From contig JBAXAI010000011.1 of NCBI GenBank assembly GCA_037142615.1, forward strand, positions 32,001-96,000: a stretch of 64,000 nucleotides of DNA. The letters are read 5' to 3'. A model generated the notes under the pieces. The model did not search any database and had not been told where the DNA came from. It worked only from the letters and a program-made list of their open reading frames with translations. This document shows, one piece after another, positions 46,401 to 56,807 of the stretch (its first letter is position 1; every line of letters begins with the position of its first letter). Source of the DNA: Spirochaetales bacterium (GTDB lineage Bacteria; Spirochaetota; Spirochaetia; JABEVK01). The position numbers and the translations under genes were made by a program.

Positions 46401-47306
46401 GTGGACCAATCTTCGCGCGTTCCCCAGCTGGCCCAGGGCCGATTGCTTCTCGATTACCTCGTCGACCGGTTCCCCTATTTCGACCGCGACGCGTGGGCAG
46501 TGCGGATCTCCGAAGGTCTCCTGGTGCTCGACGGGACGGTGGCCACCGCCACGCAGAAGCTTCACAAAGGCCAGATTCTGACCTATCGGATGCCCGACAT
46601 TCAGGAGCCGCCGGCCGACCTGCGGTGGTCGGTGGCTGCCGAAGACGACTGGTACCTGATCGCGAACAAACCCGGAAATCTTTTGGTGCACCGCAAGGGG
46701 CGTTCGTACACCTCGAATCTGCTGTACCTGGTAAGAAACGCCGGCAACCCCAGTTGGGCCGCAGCCGACCCCGCGCACCGGCTCGACCGCGAGACCTCGG
46801 GCCTTGTGCTGTTCGCCAAGAACAAGCAGGCCCTGGCGGCCATCCTCAACTTGTTCCTGGCCCACCAGATCACCAAGGAATACGTGGCCGTGGTCGCGCC
46901 GGTTCCGGGAGCGCTGGTTCCCGCCGAGGGTGCTCAAGGGACGATCGACCTCCCTCTGGGGCGTACCGACGATCCGGTGAGGGGGCAGATTCAAGCCGTC
47001 GGCGTTCCTGGGGCCCGAGCCGCGCGAACCCACTGGGTTTGGGGGACCGAGGTGGCCCCCGGGCGCCATCAGGTGATCGTTCGGCTCGAAACCGGGCGAA
47101 CCCACCAGATTCGGGTGCACCTGACCGAGCAGGGTTGGCCCTTGGTGGGCGACAAGCTCTACGGCGGTCCAACCGCTGCACGCCATGCGCTGCATGCCCG
47201 ACTCCTGGCCTTTGAACACCCCTTCACGGGAATGGCGGTCAGCTACGAGGCGCCGCTGCCGGACGACTGGCGGGGGCTTTGGGACGAGCGACCGCTGGGC
47301 CGGTGA
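46401..47306 (+). CDS. RluA family pseudouridine synthase
   Basis: NKPGNL.VH, HRLDRETSG, TGRTHQIRVH, GDKLYG. Confidence 0.95.
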   Translation: MDQSSRVPQLAQGRLLLDYLVDRFPYFDRDAWAVRISEGLLVLDGTVATATQKLHKGQILTYRMPDIQEPPADLRWSVAAEDDWYLIANKPGNLLVHRKGRSYTSNLLYLVRNAGNPSWAAADPAHRLDRETSGLVLFAKNKQALAAILNLFLAHQITKEYVAVVAPVPGALVPAEGAQGTIDLPLGRTDDPVRGQIQAVGVPGARAARTHWVWGTEVAPGRHQVIVRLETGRTHQIRVHLTEQGWPLVGDKLYGGPTAARHALHARLLAFEHPFTGMAVSYEAPLPDDWRGLWDERPLGR

Positions 47307-47370
47307 CCCGACGCTGGGGTATCTCGGCTGCCGAACTTGTGGTCTGGGGAATCTGGCCCTATACTGAAGA

Positions 47371-48297
47371 ATGATTCCCAAGAAAGAGTTTCACCTGTCG
47401 CACGTGGATTCGGGCGGGCTGACCTACCTCTTCTGCGGCTCCCACGACTGCCCTTCGGGCTACGCGTATGGCCCCATGGTGCGCGATGAGTACGTGCTTC
47501 ACTTTGTGAACCGGGGTACGGGTCTCTACCGCATCAACAAGACCACCTTTCCGGTTTCGGGTGGCTCGTCGTTCGTGCTGTTTCCAGGGTACATCCTTCA
47601 ATACCAGGCCGACAGGACCGATCCTTGGGAATACTTCTGGGTCGCCTTCGGCGGGCAGAGGGCACGGCACCTGCTCGAGTCCCTGGGGGTCTCGCCAACG
47701 GAACCGGTCATCACCCACCGAAACCCCGAAACCGTGCGTCGGCTGTTTCAGGAACTCCTGGCCAACGTGCAGGAGAAGAGTCTTTGCGCGGACTTTGTCG
47801 CTCTGAGCCTGTTCCACCAACTCTTCGCGGAGGTCGCCCGCGATGCGGAAGTCGGCCGCGAGGCCGAGGTGCAGACGTCAACCTCGCCCAAGCCTGTACC
47901 GGGCCCGGTGGAAGAGCCCATCCAGAAGGCCATCGCCTTTATCCAGGAAAACTACTCGGAGCACGACCTGTCGGTTGAGACCATTGCCAGCCACGTGTGC
48001 CTGGAAAGAACGTATTTCTCGACCTTGTTCAAAGAACAAGTAGGCACTTCGCCGGGGAGTTTCGTGCTGAACGTGCGCATGGAGAATGCCTGCCGCATGC
48101 TCTCCGACTCGGCCAAGCCGGTCAAGCTGGTCGCCATCGAAGTGGGGTTCCACGATCAGGGCTACTTCGACAAGGTGTTCCGCAAGCACATGAACGTCAA
48201 CCCTTCCGAATATCGGCTGAAGGTCACCCAGGAGCAAGCCGGAACAGGGCCGAGTTTCGACTCGACCCAAGAACTCGACCGTTCCTTCTTTTCCTAA
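47371..48297 (+). CDS. AraC family transcriptional regulator
   Basis: Cupin domain YAYGP.VRD..LH, PWEYFWV; double HTH (YFSTLFK, VGF.D..YF.K.FRK). Confidence 0.95.
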   Translation: MIPKKEFHLSHVDSGGLTYLFCGSHDCPSGYAYGPMVRDEYVLHFVNRGTGLYRINKTTFPVSGGSSFVLFPGYILQYQADRTDPWEYFWVAFGGQRARHLLESLGVSPTEPVITHRNPETVRRLFQELLANVQEKSLCADFVALSLFHQLFAEVARDAEVGREAEVQTSTSPKPVPGPVEEPIQKAIAFIQENYSEHDLSVETIASHVCLERTYFSTLFKEQVGTSPGSFVLNVRMENACRMLSDSAKPVKLVAIEVGFHDQGYFDKVFRKHMNVNPSEYRLKVTQEQAGTGPSFDSTQELDRSFFS

Positions 48298-48325
48298 GGG
48301 CGCACCGGGACAGGGGCCCGGGCAC

Positions 48326-50527
48326 TCACGCGTGCCGTGGTGGTGTCGTGAACGGCACCTCGACGCGGCCAAGCGTCTGTTCAAACGTCAGGTCCAGAAA
48401 CACCACGCCGTCGGTCGCCGCGAACGGCCCCAACTTTGCTTCCAGACCGACTCCCGAGGGAGCCTGTGGCCGGAACCCCTGGGGAACCGTCAACCAACAG
48501 CGGAAAGTCTTGCCGGCCACACCGTGCAGTTCCAATAAGAGAGTTTCGCCTTGCCACTGTTCCCCAGCAACAAACTGTAAGCCCATCGAGATGTGCCGAT
48601 TGTCGGCTAGGTAGGCCGGATGAGCGACCAATGGGACCAGGGTGATCACTTGGCAGTTACCGAGGGCCACCTGAGAAAGGTCTAACGATCCGTGTTGTTC
48701 GCCCAGATAGCGTTGCGCCCAGAAGTCGAAGCCATGGTAGGTTCCGCTCGGGTCCAAGCCCAGCTTTTCGAGGCCCAACGATCCGCGCTGAAGCGGCAAC
48801 GTGGCAACCCGAGTGACCACGCACCAGCGGCGCGGGCCCACTTGGTAGTGGGTTGCCCACAGGTTGCCAAAGCTGTGGTCCTGCAGGTCGTCCAGAGGCG
48901 AAGCCGAGATCTGCAAGGCTTCCTGCAAGGTCACGCTCTCGTCGATTCTCCAGGCACCAGGTGTGTAGCCTGAGGCGACCCGGTCCAGCCGCAAGGGACC
49001 GGTTTCCGCGGTCATCACCGGCTGGGTGGGCATCGTCTTGCGGATCATCCCGAGCCGCGTTTCGTCGTAGCAGTCGACGTTGTCGCTGAGCATGTACAGG
49101 CCACCGGTTTGCGACACGAGCGAAAGGAGGCTCCGCGTCCATTCGGGGGTCGACCGGGCGCAAACATGGTCGGGGTCGAGCTGAAACAGGATGCGTTGGG
49201 TGTGGAACCAACGCGCCGTCTCGAACACCTGCATCTGAAACGACCCCCAGGTGGTATTGGCGTCGCTGGCAACACGGCAGGCGTCGGCCAGGCCGATCAC
49301 CTGGGTTAGCACACCCCAGCAAGACAAAAGAAAGGCCTGTTCGCCGATACCCTGTCGCAGGGTTTCGAGGTAATGGCGAAAGCGGAGCTCAGCCTCCTCG
49401 TGGGGGAAGAATCCCTCCTCAACGGCGCCGAGAAGCCCTTCGTACCACAAGTGCCGAAGGCTGTCGGCCTTAAAATAGCTGTAGCCCAGCTTGCGGAGCC
49501 CCTGGAACAGCGGCAAAACCTCGCGCTCCAAAAAAGCCGGTTCGCAAGAAGGCACGAAGTTGACCCACGGTTTGTTGACAAGCTGCCCTTGCTTGTCCAC
49601 CAAACAATTTCCGTCGCGGCCGGCAAACGACTCATCGGTCACCGCCGCGCTGGTCCAGATGCCGGGAACGAGTCCCGCATCGGCGATCACTCCCTGGATC
49701 GACTCATGGCCCTTGGGAAAACGGTCGTTGGGGTTGAGCCAAACTTCTGAAAGGTTAGTTTGGTCTGATGCAGTTGGGGTGTGGCCCTGGTAGCCATCGT
49801 CCACCTGCACGTACTCCAAGCCATAGGGGGCCAGTTCGCGCCTCACGAACTCGACGCTCTTGGCCAGGGCCGGAGCATCGATGGCTTTTCCAAAGGCCTC
49901 CCACGAGCACCAACCCGTGATCGGCGTGAGCTTGGGCCGCCACTGTTGGGGCGCATGCTCGCGGTAGCCCAGGTGGTCGCGGTAGTACCGTGTCCGAATC
50001 TGCAGAACCCAAGGCGCCTCGGAGAGTTCGACCGCGAGCCGGGCTGCCAGGCCCACCACTACGCCATCGCTTGCCGCCTGTTTATCGCTGTCGGAAAACA
50101 CCACGTTGTCGGTGGCGGCCCGGTAGCTGGCGGGCCGTAGCTCACTGTCAAGCCACCGCCAGTTGATGCCTTCCCACGAAACAAGAAGGTCCTGGGTAAC
50201 GTCGTAAAGGCCATTCACTCCATAGAGCAGGGGCCGACCCACCTGGGCCAAGATGGCTTCACCCCGGGAGGCCCTCTGGGGCTTCAAGTTCACGGCGTCG
50301 CGCCCCAGGAACACGGTCAGTACCGTCTCGCCGCCCCCGGCCTTGGCCAGAAACAACTGTTGCACCAGCGGCGTGCTCTGCACGTTTCCATCCGCCTGTT
50401 TGCGGTAGAAGGGGCGGTCGGCTTCGACGAGGTCGGTCAGGATCAGCGGAACACCCGCGTGGTAATAACCTAGGTAACCTGTTGCAGGGCTGAACGCGTG
50501 GCGAAAGTAACCAAAGCGATTTTTCAT
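48326..50527 (-). CDS. Glycoside hydrolase, clan GH-D (GH36/GH27 alpha-galactosidase-like)
   Basis: GWCSW, YVQVDDGYQ, RFPKG, GYSYFKAD, RVASD, LDPD. Confidence 0.8.
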   Translation of the reverse strand: MKNRFGYFRHAFSPATGYLGYYHAGVPLILTDLVEADRPFYRKQADGNVQSTPLVQQLFLAKAGGGETVLTVFLGRDAVNLKPQRASRGEAILAQVGRPLLYGVNGLYDVTQDLLVSWEGINWRWLDSELRPASYRAATDNVVFSDSDKQAASDGVVVGLAARLAVELSEAPWVLQIRTRYYRDHLGYREHAPQQWRPKLTPITGWCSWEAFGKAIDAPALAKSVEFVRRELAPYGLEYVQVDDGYQGHTPTASDQTNLSEVWLNPNDRFPKGHESIQGVIADAGLVPGIWTSAAVTDESFAGRDGNCLVDKQGQLVNKPWVNFVPSCEPAFLEREVLPLFQGLRKLGYSYFKADSLRHLWYEGLLGAVEEGFFPHEEAELRFRHYLETLRQGIGEQAFLLSCWGVLTQVIGLADACRVASDANTTWGSFQMQVFETARWFHTQRILFQLDPDHVCARSTPEWTRSLLSLVSQTGGLYMLSDNVDCYDETRLGMIRKTMPTQPVMTAETGPLRLDRVASGYTPGAWRIDESVTLQEALQISASPLDDLQDHSFGNLWATHYQVGPRRWCVVTRVATLPLQRGSLGLEKLGLDPSGTYHGFDFWAQRYLGEQHGSLDLSQVALGNCQVITLVPLVAHPAYLADNRHISMGLQFVAGEQWQGETLLLELHGVAGKTFRCWLTVPQGFRPQAPSGVGLEAKLGPFAATDGVVFLDLTFEQTLGRVEVPFTTPPRHA

Positions 50528-50529
50528 GT

Positions 50530-51423
50530 TCAACCTTTGACGGAGCCGATTGTCAGGCCACCGATGAAGTATTTCTGGAGGAACGGGTACACCAGCAGCA
50601 CGGGAAGAACGACAACCATGGTCGTGGCCGCGTTGAGAGTGAGCGGCGTCAAGCTGCTGAACTTGTGGTAGAGCAGCTGCTGGTCGCGGATCAGACCGAT
50701 TCCTTCTACCTCCAAAAGGATTCGTCGCAGGAGCACCTGAAGCGTGTCGAAAGCGCCGCTTGGATTGTAGAGAACCACATCAAACCACGAGTTCCAGTGA
50801 GCAACCGCACTGTAGATGCTCACCGCCGCATACACGGGGACGGCGATAGGCATGACGATCCGCAGGTAAATCCGGAACTCGCTGGCTCCATCGATTCGAG
50901 CCGAGTCAAAGATGGCATCGGGAATGTTTTGAAAATACGAGGACATCAGCAGCATGAAGTAGACGTTGAACAGACCAGGCACGATATAAACCAGAAACGT
51001 GTCGGTGAGGCCCAACTTGAGCATCAACAGGTAGGTGGGAATCAGGCCACCATTGAAGTACATCGTAACAAAGAACAGCGTCCGAAGAAACTTCCTCCCG
51101 GAAAAGCGCTGATTGGTTATGACGAAAGCAAGCAAGCCAGTCACAAAAAGTGAAGTCGAGGTGCCGACAACGACCCTCAGCACAGACCACATGAAACCCT
51201 GGGCCATCTTGGGGTTTTGCGCCAGAAGCTCGTACGCTCCCAAAGAAAACTTCCGAGGCCAGAAATAGATCCCACCGCGCATTGCATCGTTGCCTTCGTT
51301 GAGGGAAATTGCCATGAGGTTCACGAAAGGATAGAGGAAAAGCACGACAATACCGAACATAAAGGTGTAGTTAAAGATATCGAAAATCAAGCTAGGAATT
51401 GTCGCTTTTGGGCGAGTGCTCAT
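50530..51423 (-). CDS. Carbohydrate ABC transporter permease (LplC/YtcP-like)
   Basis: TMYFNGGLIPTY, DSARIDGA, HWNSWFD, YPFLQKYF..G...GSVKG. Confidence 0.95.
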   Translation of the reverse strand: MSTRPKATIPSLIFDIFNYTFMFGIVVLFLYPFVNLMAISLNEGNDAMRGGIYFWPRKFSLGAYELLAQNPKMAQGFMWSVLRVVVGTSTSLFVTGLLAFVITNQRFSGRKFLRTLFFVTMYFNGGLIPTYLLMLKLGLTDTFLVYIVPGLFNVYFMLLMSSYFQNIPDAIFDSARIDGASEFRIYLRIVMPIAVPVYAAVSIYSAVAHWNSWFDVVLYNPSGAFDTLQVLLRRILLEVEGIGLIRDQQLLYHKFSSLTPLTLNAATTMVVVLPVLLVYPFLQKYFIGGLTIGSVKG

Positions 51424-51442
51424 GGTCAATATCCCCTTACCT

Positions 51443-52354
51443 TCAAAAAATTGATGTGTCGAGAATCTTCCTGGACAAGCGATTGACCAAGACGACAAGC
51501 GCGACTCCCAAGACCGATTTCATCAGGCCTACGGCCGCCCCGAAGGAGTAGTTGCCAAGTTGGACTCCGTAGCGATAAACATACGTGTCGATGACTTCAT
51601 AGTACTCGCGCGTCATTGGATTACCAAGCAATAGATGTTGCTCAAAGCCCGCATTGAGAATCCCGCCCAGCCCCAAGATCCAAAGAAGAACTATAGTTGT
51701 CCTAATTCCTGGAAGAGTGATGTGCCAGACCAGACCGAAGCGCCCCAAGCCATCGATCCTCCCGGCCTCATACAGCTCTGAGTCGACTGCAGCGATGGCG
51801 GAAAGGTAGATAATCGTGTTGAAGCCCACATCTTTCCAGAGGTTGGCAAGGGCGATCATGATCCAATAGAACTTGCCCTCGCCGAGAAACAAAATTGGTT
51901 TGTTGGTCAGGCCTAATGACTGGAGCAACTCGTTGAATACGCCCTCAGTCCGCAGGAAAGTAAACAGAATATTGGTGACGACAACCCAGGAGATGAAGTA
52001 CGGAATATAGGAGACCGTCTGGGTGAACTTCTTGATTCTCCGGCCGCGCAATTCGCTGAACATCAGGGCGAGAATGATCGGACCAGGAAGGCTGAAGGCC
52101 ATGGTTAGGAGACTCATGGCTATGGTATTCCGCATGATATTTCCGAACTCAGGGATGTCGAAAAAGCGGACAAAGTTATCAAGACCCACCCAAGGTCCTG
52201 CAAGATAGGAGTTCCCGGGGATGAAGTTCTGGAACGCGATGATCAGCCCATAGATGGGCAGGTAGGAAAACGTGAACACCCAGATCAGCATGGGAATCAC
52301 TAAGATCCAGATCTGCCGTTCTACCCAGAACCGGCGAAGGAGCCGTTTGACCAT
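51443..52354 (-). CDS. Carbohydrate ABC transporter permease (LplB/YteP-like)
   Basis: WVGLDNF, PYFISWVV, ELYEAGRIDG, VIDTYVY. Confidence 0.95.
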   Translation of the reverse strand: MVKRLLRRFWVERQIWILVIPMLIWVFTFSYLPIYGLIIAFQNFIPGNSYLAGPWVGLDNFVRFFDIPEFGNIMRNTIAMSLLTMAFSLPGPIILALMFSELRGRRIKKFTQTVSYIPYFISWVVVTNILFTFLRTEGVFNELLQSLGLTNKPILFLGEGKFYWIMIALANLWKDVGFNTIIYLSAIAAVDSELYEAGRIDGLGRFGLVWHITLPGIRTTIVLLWILGLGGILNAGFEQHLLLGNPMTREYYEVIDTYVYRYGVQLGNYSFGAAVGLMKSVLGVALVVLVNRLSRKILDTSIF

Positions 52355-52377
52355 GATTCCATTCTCCTTGCTACACA

Positions 52378-52420
52378 AAAGTGGGGGAAGAGGCCACAAG
52401 TGGAGTCACCCCTTCCCCCA
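52378..52420 (-). terminator. Stem-loop between the binding-protein and permease genes
   Basis: TGGGGGAAG/CTTCCCCCA arms followed by TTTT on the minus strand; typical partial terminator or mRNA stabiliser position. Confidence 0.62.
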
Positions 52421-52437
52421 GAAGAAACGTCGTGCTA

Positions 52438-54090
52438 CTAGAGCTTCATCTTTGCGAGGTTCTTCTTGTATTCCACGTTCTGGAACTTCTCAAGATCGGC
52501 CAGACCCAACTTGTTCAAGGTGGCCTTGAGCGCGTTGAAGTTGGCGGTAGCTTCGGCTACGGTGTTGCTCTGAACAGCCTTCACAAAGCCCGTGTACTCG
52601 GCGTCCTTGATCTGCTGGCGCTTGGTTGTCAAAACATTTTCCGGCAAGAACTTGATGGCTTCGAAAGCCGTGAAGTCAAACTCGGTACCTTCCAGGTTCT
52701 TGTTCATCAGCACGCGCCACTTGGCTTCGGGAGCCGGGTCGGAATTGAAGTTCTGGTCGGCCCAGACGGTCGAAGGCTTGGCATCCTTGGTCAGCGCCTG
52801 GCCCTGGGTGATAAAGAACTCACCCGTACCGCGAAGATTCCAGTTCGGCACCTGGTCGTAGGCACCGGCCATGATGATCTTCTTCATCTGGTCGTTGAAC
52901 TCCCAGTTCTTGCCATCGGTGGTCCAGAACGAAGCCTTACCGTCGCTGGCGTCGGTCAGGTTGGGAACGCCCCAGCCAAAGATCCGCACAGCCATCGGAC
53001 TGATCGCCCATTCGAAGAAGCGCATGTAGTCGGCGCGGTCCTGAGCGGTTGCCTTGTTGGTGATGACCGTATAGTTCCAGCCCAAGGTATTCTTGGGGGT
53101 GAAATAGGCGACCTTGGCTGCAGGATCCTTGATGCTGATCTGCACGTAGCGCTTGTCGTCGGTCCAGCCGGGTGACTTGCTCCAAATTTCGTGCCCGGCA
53201 TTCCAGGACTGCCACCAGCCACCAATGTGACCGACGATCCGCTCGGCGGAGAACTTGGCCTTCCAGTTGTCGTACTTGTTGACGAACGCTTCGGGATCCA
53301 TGAGTCCTTCGCGGTAGAACTTGTTCAGCCACAGCACGGCCTGCAGGCCTTCGGGGGTGTTGACCCAGTGACTCAAGTTGTTCTGAGCGTCTTCCTTGTA
53401 GCCATCTTTGAGACCCCAGATAGCCATCAGGTCGGCGACCTTAACCTGGTCAGTGCTCCACGAAATGCCGTAGACTTTTTCGCCGTTGGCGTTCTTGGGG
53501 TGGGCGGCTACCATCTTCTTGATGACGTTGTAGTAGTCATCGGGAGTGGCGATCTTCGGCGAGCCCATCTCTTGGTACCAGTCCCAGCGGATGTGGGCGC
53601 TCTGGTCGGGAATCGGGAGCAGACCCCAGCCACGCGGCAGGCCAAAGAGTTCTTTCTTGTCGGTCAGGTACATGCCGTACAAGTAGCCGAGTGTCGACTT
53701 GATTCCCTTGTAGGTTTTTTCCACATCGGGAGCCATGTTGTACAGGTGGCCCTGAGCAGCCCACTGCGAAACCGTATCGGCGCTCATGGCCATGATGATC
53801 TTCGGGTAATTGCCCGAAGCCAGCATCAGGTTGAGCTTTTCGGTGGTGTCAACATCGCTGACATTCTTGACCAGCTTAACGTTGAACTCCTTGAGCATAA
53901 AGTCGCGGATCTGCTGGGTGTCGCGATCGTGCTGAGCCTGGTCACCACGGTCGGCCTGGTAGAAATTGATTTCGAGGGTCTTCTCGGGTACCACCCATCC
54001 GAACATATTCGTCTTGCCGGGTGCGGTCTGCGCGAAAACCAAAATCGGTATACACGCGATCACGGCTAGAACAACTAATCTCTTGATCAT
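52438..54090 (-). CDS. Carbohydrate ABC transporter solute-binding protein
   Basis: Signal peptide, KLNLMLASGNYP, IRWDW, NKFYREGLMDPEAF. Confidence 0.92.
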   Translation of the reverse strand: MIKRLVVLAVIACIPILVFAQTAPGKTNMFGWVVPEKTLEINFYQADRGDQAQHDRDTQQIRDFMLKEFNVKLVKNVSDVDTTEKLNLMLASGNYPKIIMAMSADTVSQWAAQGHLYNMAPDVEKTYKGIKSTLGYLYGMYLTDKKELFGLPRGWGLLPIPDQSAHIRWDWYQEMGSPKIATPDDYYNVIKKMVAAHPKNANGEKVYGISWSTDQVKVADLMAIWGLKDGYKEDAQNNLSHWVNTPEGLQAVLWLNKFYREGLMDPEAFVNKYDNWKAKFSAERIVGHIGGWWQSWNAGHEIWSKSPGWTDDKRYVQISIKDPAAKVAYFTPKNTLGWNYTVITNKATAQDRADYMRFFEWAISPMAVRIFGWGVPNLTDASDGKASFWTTDGKNWEFNDQMKKIIMAGAYDQVPNWNLRGTGEFFITQGQALTKDAKPSTVWADQNFNSDPAPEAKWRVLMNKNLEGTEFDFTAFEAIKFLPENVLTTKRQQIKDAEYTGFVKAVQSNTVAEATANFNALKATLNKLGLADLEKFQNVEYKKNLAKMKL

Positions 54091-54230
54091 TCTTGTCCTC
54101 CTGTTTCTGTCGGTGTTCACAACGTGAACTTTTGCTTCATCCTAAGCGTACATCTGCTTTGCAAAACGCGAACTTGTAATATTGTTGGCTCGTGCAGGAC
54201 ATTTGTTGGTACACCCGCCCTCCTTTTTCA

Positions 54231-56804
54231 CTAGTTGCGAAACTTCACTCGGATATTGAGCAGCGCACCGGCCACAGCGTTCACCGTCAGGCTGTCGGCT
54301 CGTACCACGAGTTCGTTCAACGGTTGATCGAGCGTATCGACGAGCCAGGCCTGCCCAAGGGTGCGTTTTGGAAACCTCAAACGAGCCTGAACCCCGGTGG
54401 CCGAGACACTCTTCAGCCGCACCAGAAGAGTCTCCGGTTCCTTGGCGGGCCTGACGTACAGCAGCGTCAGTCCGGCGCCCTCGAGCTCGAGCAGGCAGCC
54501 CTGCTCGGCGGCCGGGCAGGTGACGGCGGCGGCCAACTGCACCGCCCGCGCGGCCCGGTGGCCACAGGCCAGGGCCTGCTGGGGGTCGAAGGTCTCGAAG
54601 GTCTCGAGCTCATAGTGAAAGCGGTTGAGTCCAGGCTGCTTGACGGGAAAGTTGGTCTCCCAGTAGTTGTTCATGGGCCAGGCCAGCAGCAAGGGCGGCG
54701 AGTTGCGCGGGATCGAGCTTCGCTTTTTGCCGAAGCCGAAACCACCGGGTTGAACCAGGGGTGCGTCGGGGCACGCCAGAGTGACGCCGTGTTTGCCGTC
54801 GTACACCGAGAGGGTTTGATCCACCGTGACCCAGTCGCGCGAGGCTCCCGGAAGCTGCTCGTCATCGAGTTCGACAAAAACGCCGGCCGTGTCGAACTTG
54901 GCTTTCCAGGTTCCCAGGGCCAGCGGAAAGGCAAAGTAGAGGCCCTCGGGGGTGCGCGTGTCGAGTTTGTCGAACAGAACATCGAACCCCAGGCCCGGCC
55001 GATGGTCGTACAGGGTGATCCTCTGTTCCAGGCTCCGAACCCCCGGGGCCTCCCAGTTGAGGATGAGTTGGGCCCCCTCGGGTGCGAACTCGGCGCGGCA
55101 GCCGAGCAGGCGGCTCGCACCCAGGCGGCGGGCCTGCCAATCGGGGTTCCAGGCTCCGTCGCGGTAGAAGGTTTTGCGGGTGTCGGGGTTCCGGAGGGTA
55201 TCGATCGACTCATGCACGTACTGGAAGAAGTTCCAGTCACTGGCGGTGTCAACCAGTTGCCAGTTGCGGGCCTTGTCCCAGAGCTCGAGGATGCGGCCCG
55301 TCCTGGAGTCGAACTTCAGCCGGTAGCGGGCGTTTTCGAGCGAGTCGTCGGTGACCGTCGCGCTGCGTTTGGCCTCCTGGGCAGCGAGGCCGGCCAGGGG
55401 GAGCTTTTTCCAGGTAAAGGGCGCGAGGTCCACCTCGCCGACGTAGGTAGCCTCGGCCTGCCGGTCTTCGAGGTCGGTACTTTGGGTGTAGAACTCCAGT
55501 CGCTTGCAGGCCAGGTGGCGGCCCTCGGCCCAGTACGCCTTGGGCACGTACAGGCTGTGGGTCTGCGCCGTCGGCGTGGGGTTGAACACCAGCACCCCTT
55601 CGGGAGGCCCCGACTGCTCGGGGTTACCGGCCAGGTGCTCCATCTGCTTGCCCAAAAGGTAGGTGGTAAGCCCCGCCGCGTCGTAGGCGTAGTGGGCCTT
55701 GTGGTTCCAAGCTTCGTCCACGTCGGGGCGGTCTGGAGAGTCGGCGTTGGCGGCGTGGCCCCAGGTATGCTCGGTGTAGAGGTTGGTCTGGTCCCAGGCT
55801 CGCTTGGCCGCATCACGGTACTGCGGACTCAAGGTGCCCTGAAGCGAGGCCAGCAGATCGGCGGCGGCCAGCCCCTGTCGCGCCTTGCGGTGAAGCCGGG
55901 TCTGCTTTGCCGAGCTTCCGCTGCCGAAGTTCCAGTAGTCGGTCCAGTCGCCGCCGTGCACGGGGATGGCCTCGCGAGGGACGGTCGCCACGCGGTCGAG
56001 CAGCATTTCCGACGTGGCGAAGCGGATTTTGACCTCGTGGCCGGTCTCGTTCCAGCGGCGGATCACCTCGGCCAGCGTGTGGTCGGGTGCGTTGTTGTCG
56101 GGCATCGGGGGGTTGGTCGCGGTAAGGAACACGAAGTCGTGCGGGTAGCCGCTGTTCTCGAGCTCGGCGACGTAGGCCTCCAGCTTCTCGCGCAGGTAGT
56201 CCAGGTCGTTGAGTTCGGGCTTGAACATCCAGTTGAACAGCACGTAGATTTCGCCGTTGAACGCGAGCAGTTCCCGGTTGTCGGGGGTTCGCCAGCGAAA
56301 CAGGTAGCGCCGTTCGAGCGGAAAGCCGCCAAAGTGGGTGTTGATGCCCATGATGTGGAGCTTGATGCCGGCATCGAGCAAGAGTTGGCTCATTGGCCAA
56401 GGTTGGCCATTGACGTCGTGGTTGATCGAGGTGTCGAGGCGGATGCCAAAGCGGTCGCGCAGGTATTTCACGGGCTGCAGCATCTGGTTGATCTGCTCGG
56501 CGTTCGCCAGCGGCGTCGCGTGGAAGGGCTGGGCGGCAATGCAGATCTGTCCGTTGGTGAGGAAGTGTTGCAGCCGTGCCACCGACTCGGGTTCGGCCAC
56601 TTCAAGCCACTTCATCACCGGCAAGGTGGTTTCGCACGTCCAGCGGAAGCGCGACTCCTCGGGCCAGGTTTCGGTCTTGGCGCAAAGCTCGAGCACCTGG
56701 TCAAGGTAGTCGAGATGCATCTGGATCAGGGCCGGCTGCACGTGCGTGTAGCCGACATCGAGGTGGGTGTGGTGCATGCAAAGCACCTCTTTGATTTTTC
56801 CCAT
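54231..56804 (-). CDS. GH38-like glycoside hydrolase (alpha-mannosidase fold)
   Basis: HHTHLDVGYT, DVNG, GDWTDYW, EHTWG, MNNYWETNF. Confidence 0.85.
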   Translation of the reverse strand: MGKIKEVLCMHHTHLDVGYTHVQPALIQMHLDYLDQVLELCAKTETWPEESRFRWTCETTLPVMKWLEVAEPESVARLQHFLTNGQICIAAQPFHATPLANAEQINQMLQPVKYLRDRFGIRLDTSINHDVNGQPWPMSQLLLDAGIKLHIMGINTHFGGFPLERRYLFRWRTPDNRELLAFNGEIYVLFNWMFKPELNDLDYLREKLEAYVAELENSGYPHDFVFLTATNPPMPDNNAPDHTLAEVIRRWNETGHEVKIRFATSEMLLDRVATVPREAIPVHGGDWTDYWNFGSGSSAKQTRLHRKARQGLAAADLLASLQGTLSPQYRDAAKRAWDQTNLYTEHTWGHAANADSPDRPDVDEAWNHKAHYAYDAAGLTTYLLGKQMEHLAGNPEQSGPPEGVLVFNPTPTAQTHSLYVPKAYWAEGRHLACKRLEFYTQSTDLEDRQAEATYVGEVDLAPFTWKKLPLAGLAAQEAKRSATVTDDSLENARYRLKFDSRTGRILELWDKARNWQLVDTASDWNFFQYVHESIDTLRNPDTRKTFYRDGAWNPDWQARRLGASRLLGCRAEFAPEGAQLILNWEAPGVRSLEQRITLYDHRPGLGFDVLFDKLDTRTPEGLYFAFPLALGTWKAKFDTAGVFVELDDEQLPGASRDWVTVDQTLSVYDGKHGVTLACPDAPLVQPGGFGFGKKRSSIPRNSPPLLLAWPMNNYWETNFPVKQPGLNRFHYELETFETFDPQQALACGHRAARAVQLAAAVTCPAAEQGCLLELEGAGLTLLYVRPAKEPETLLVRLKSVSATGVQARLRFPKRTLGQAWLVDTLDQPLNELVVRADSLTVNAVAGALLNIRVKFRN

Positions 56805-56807
56805 GGG

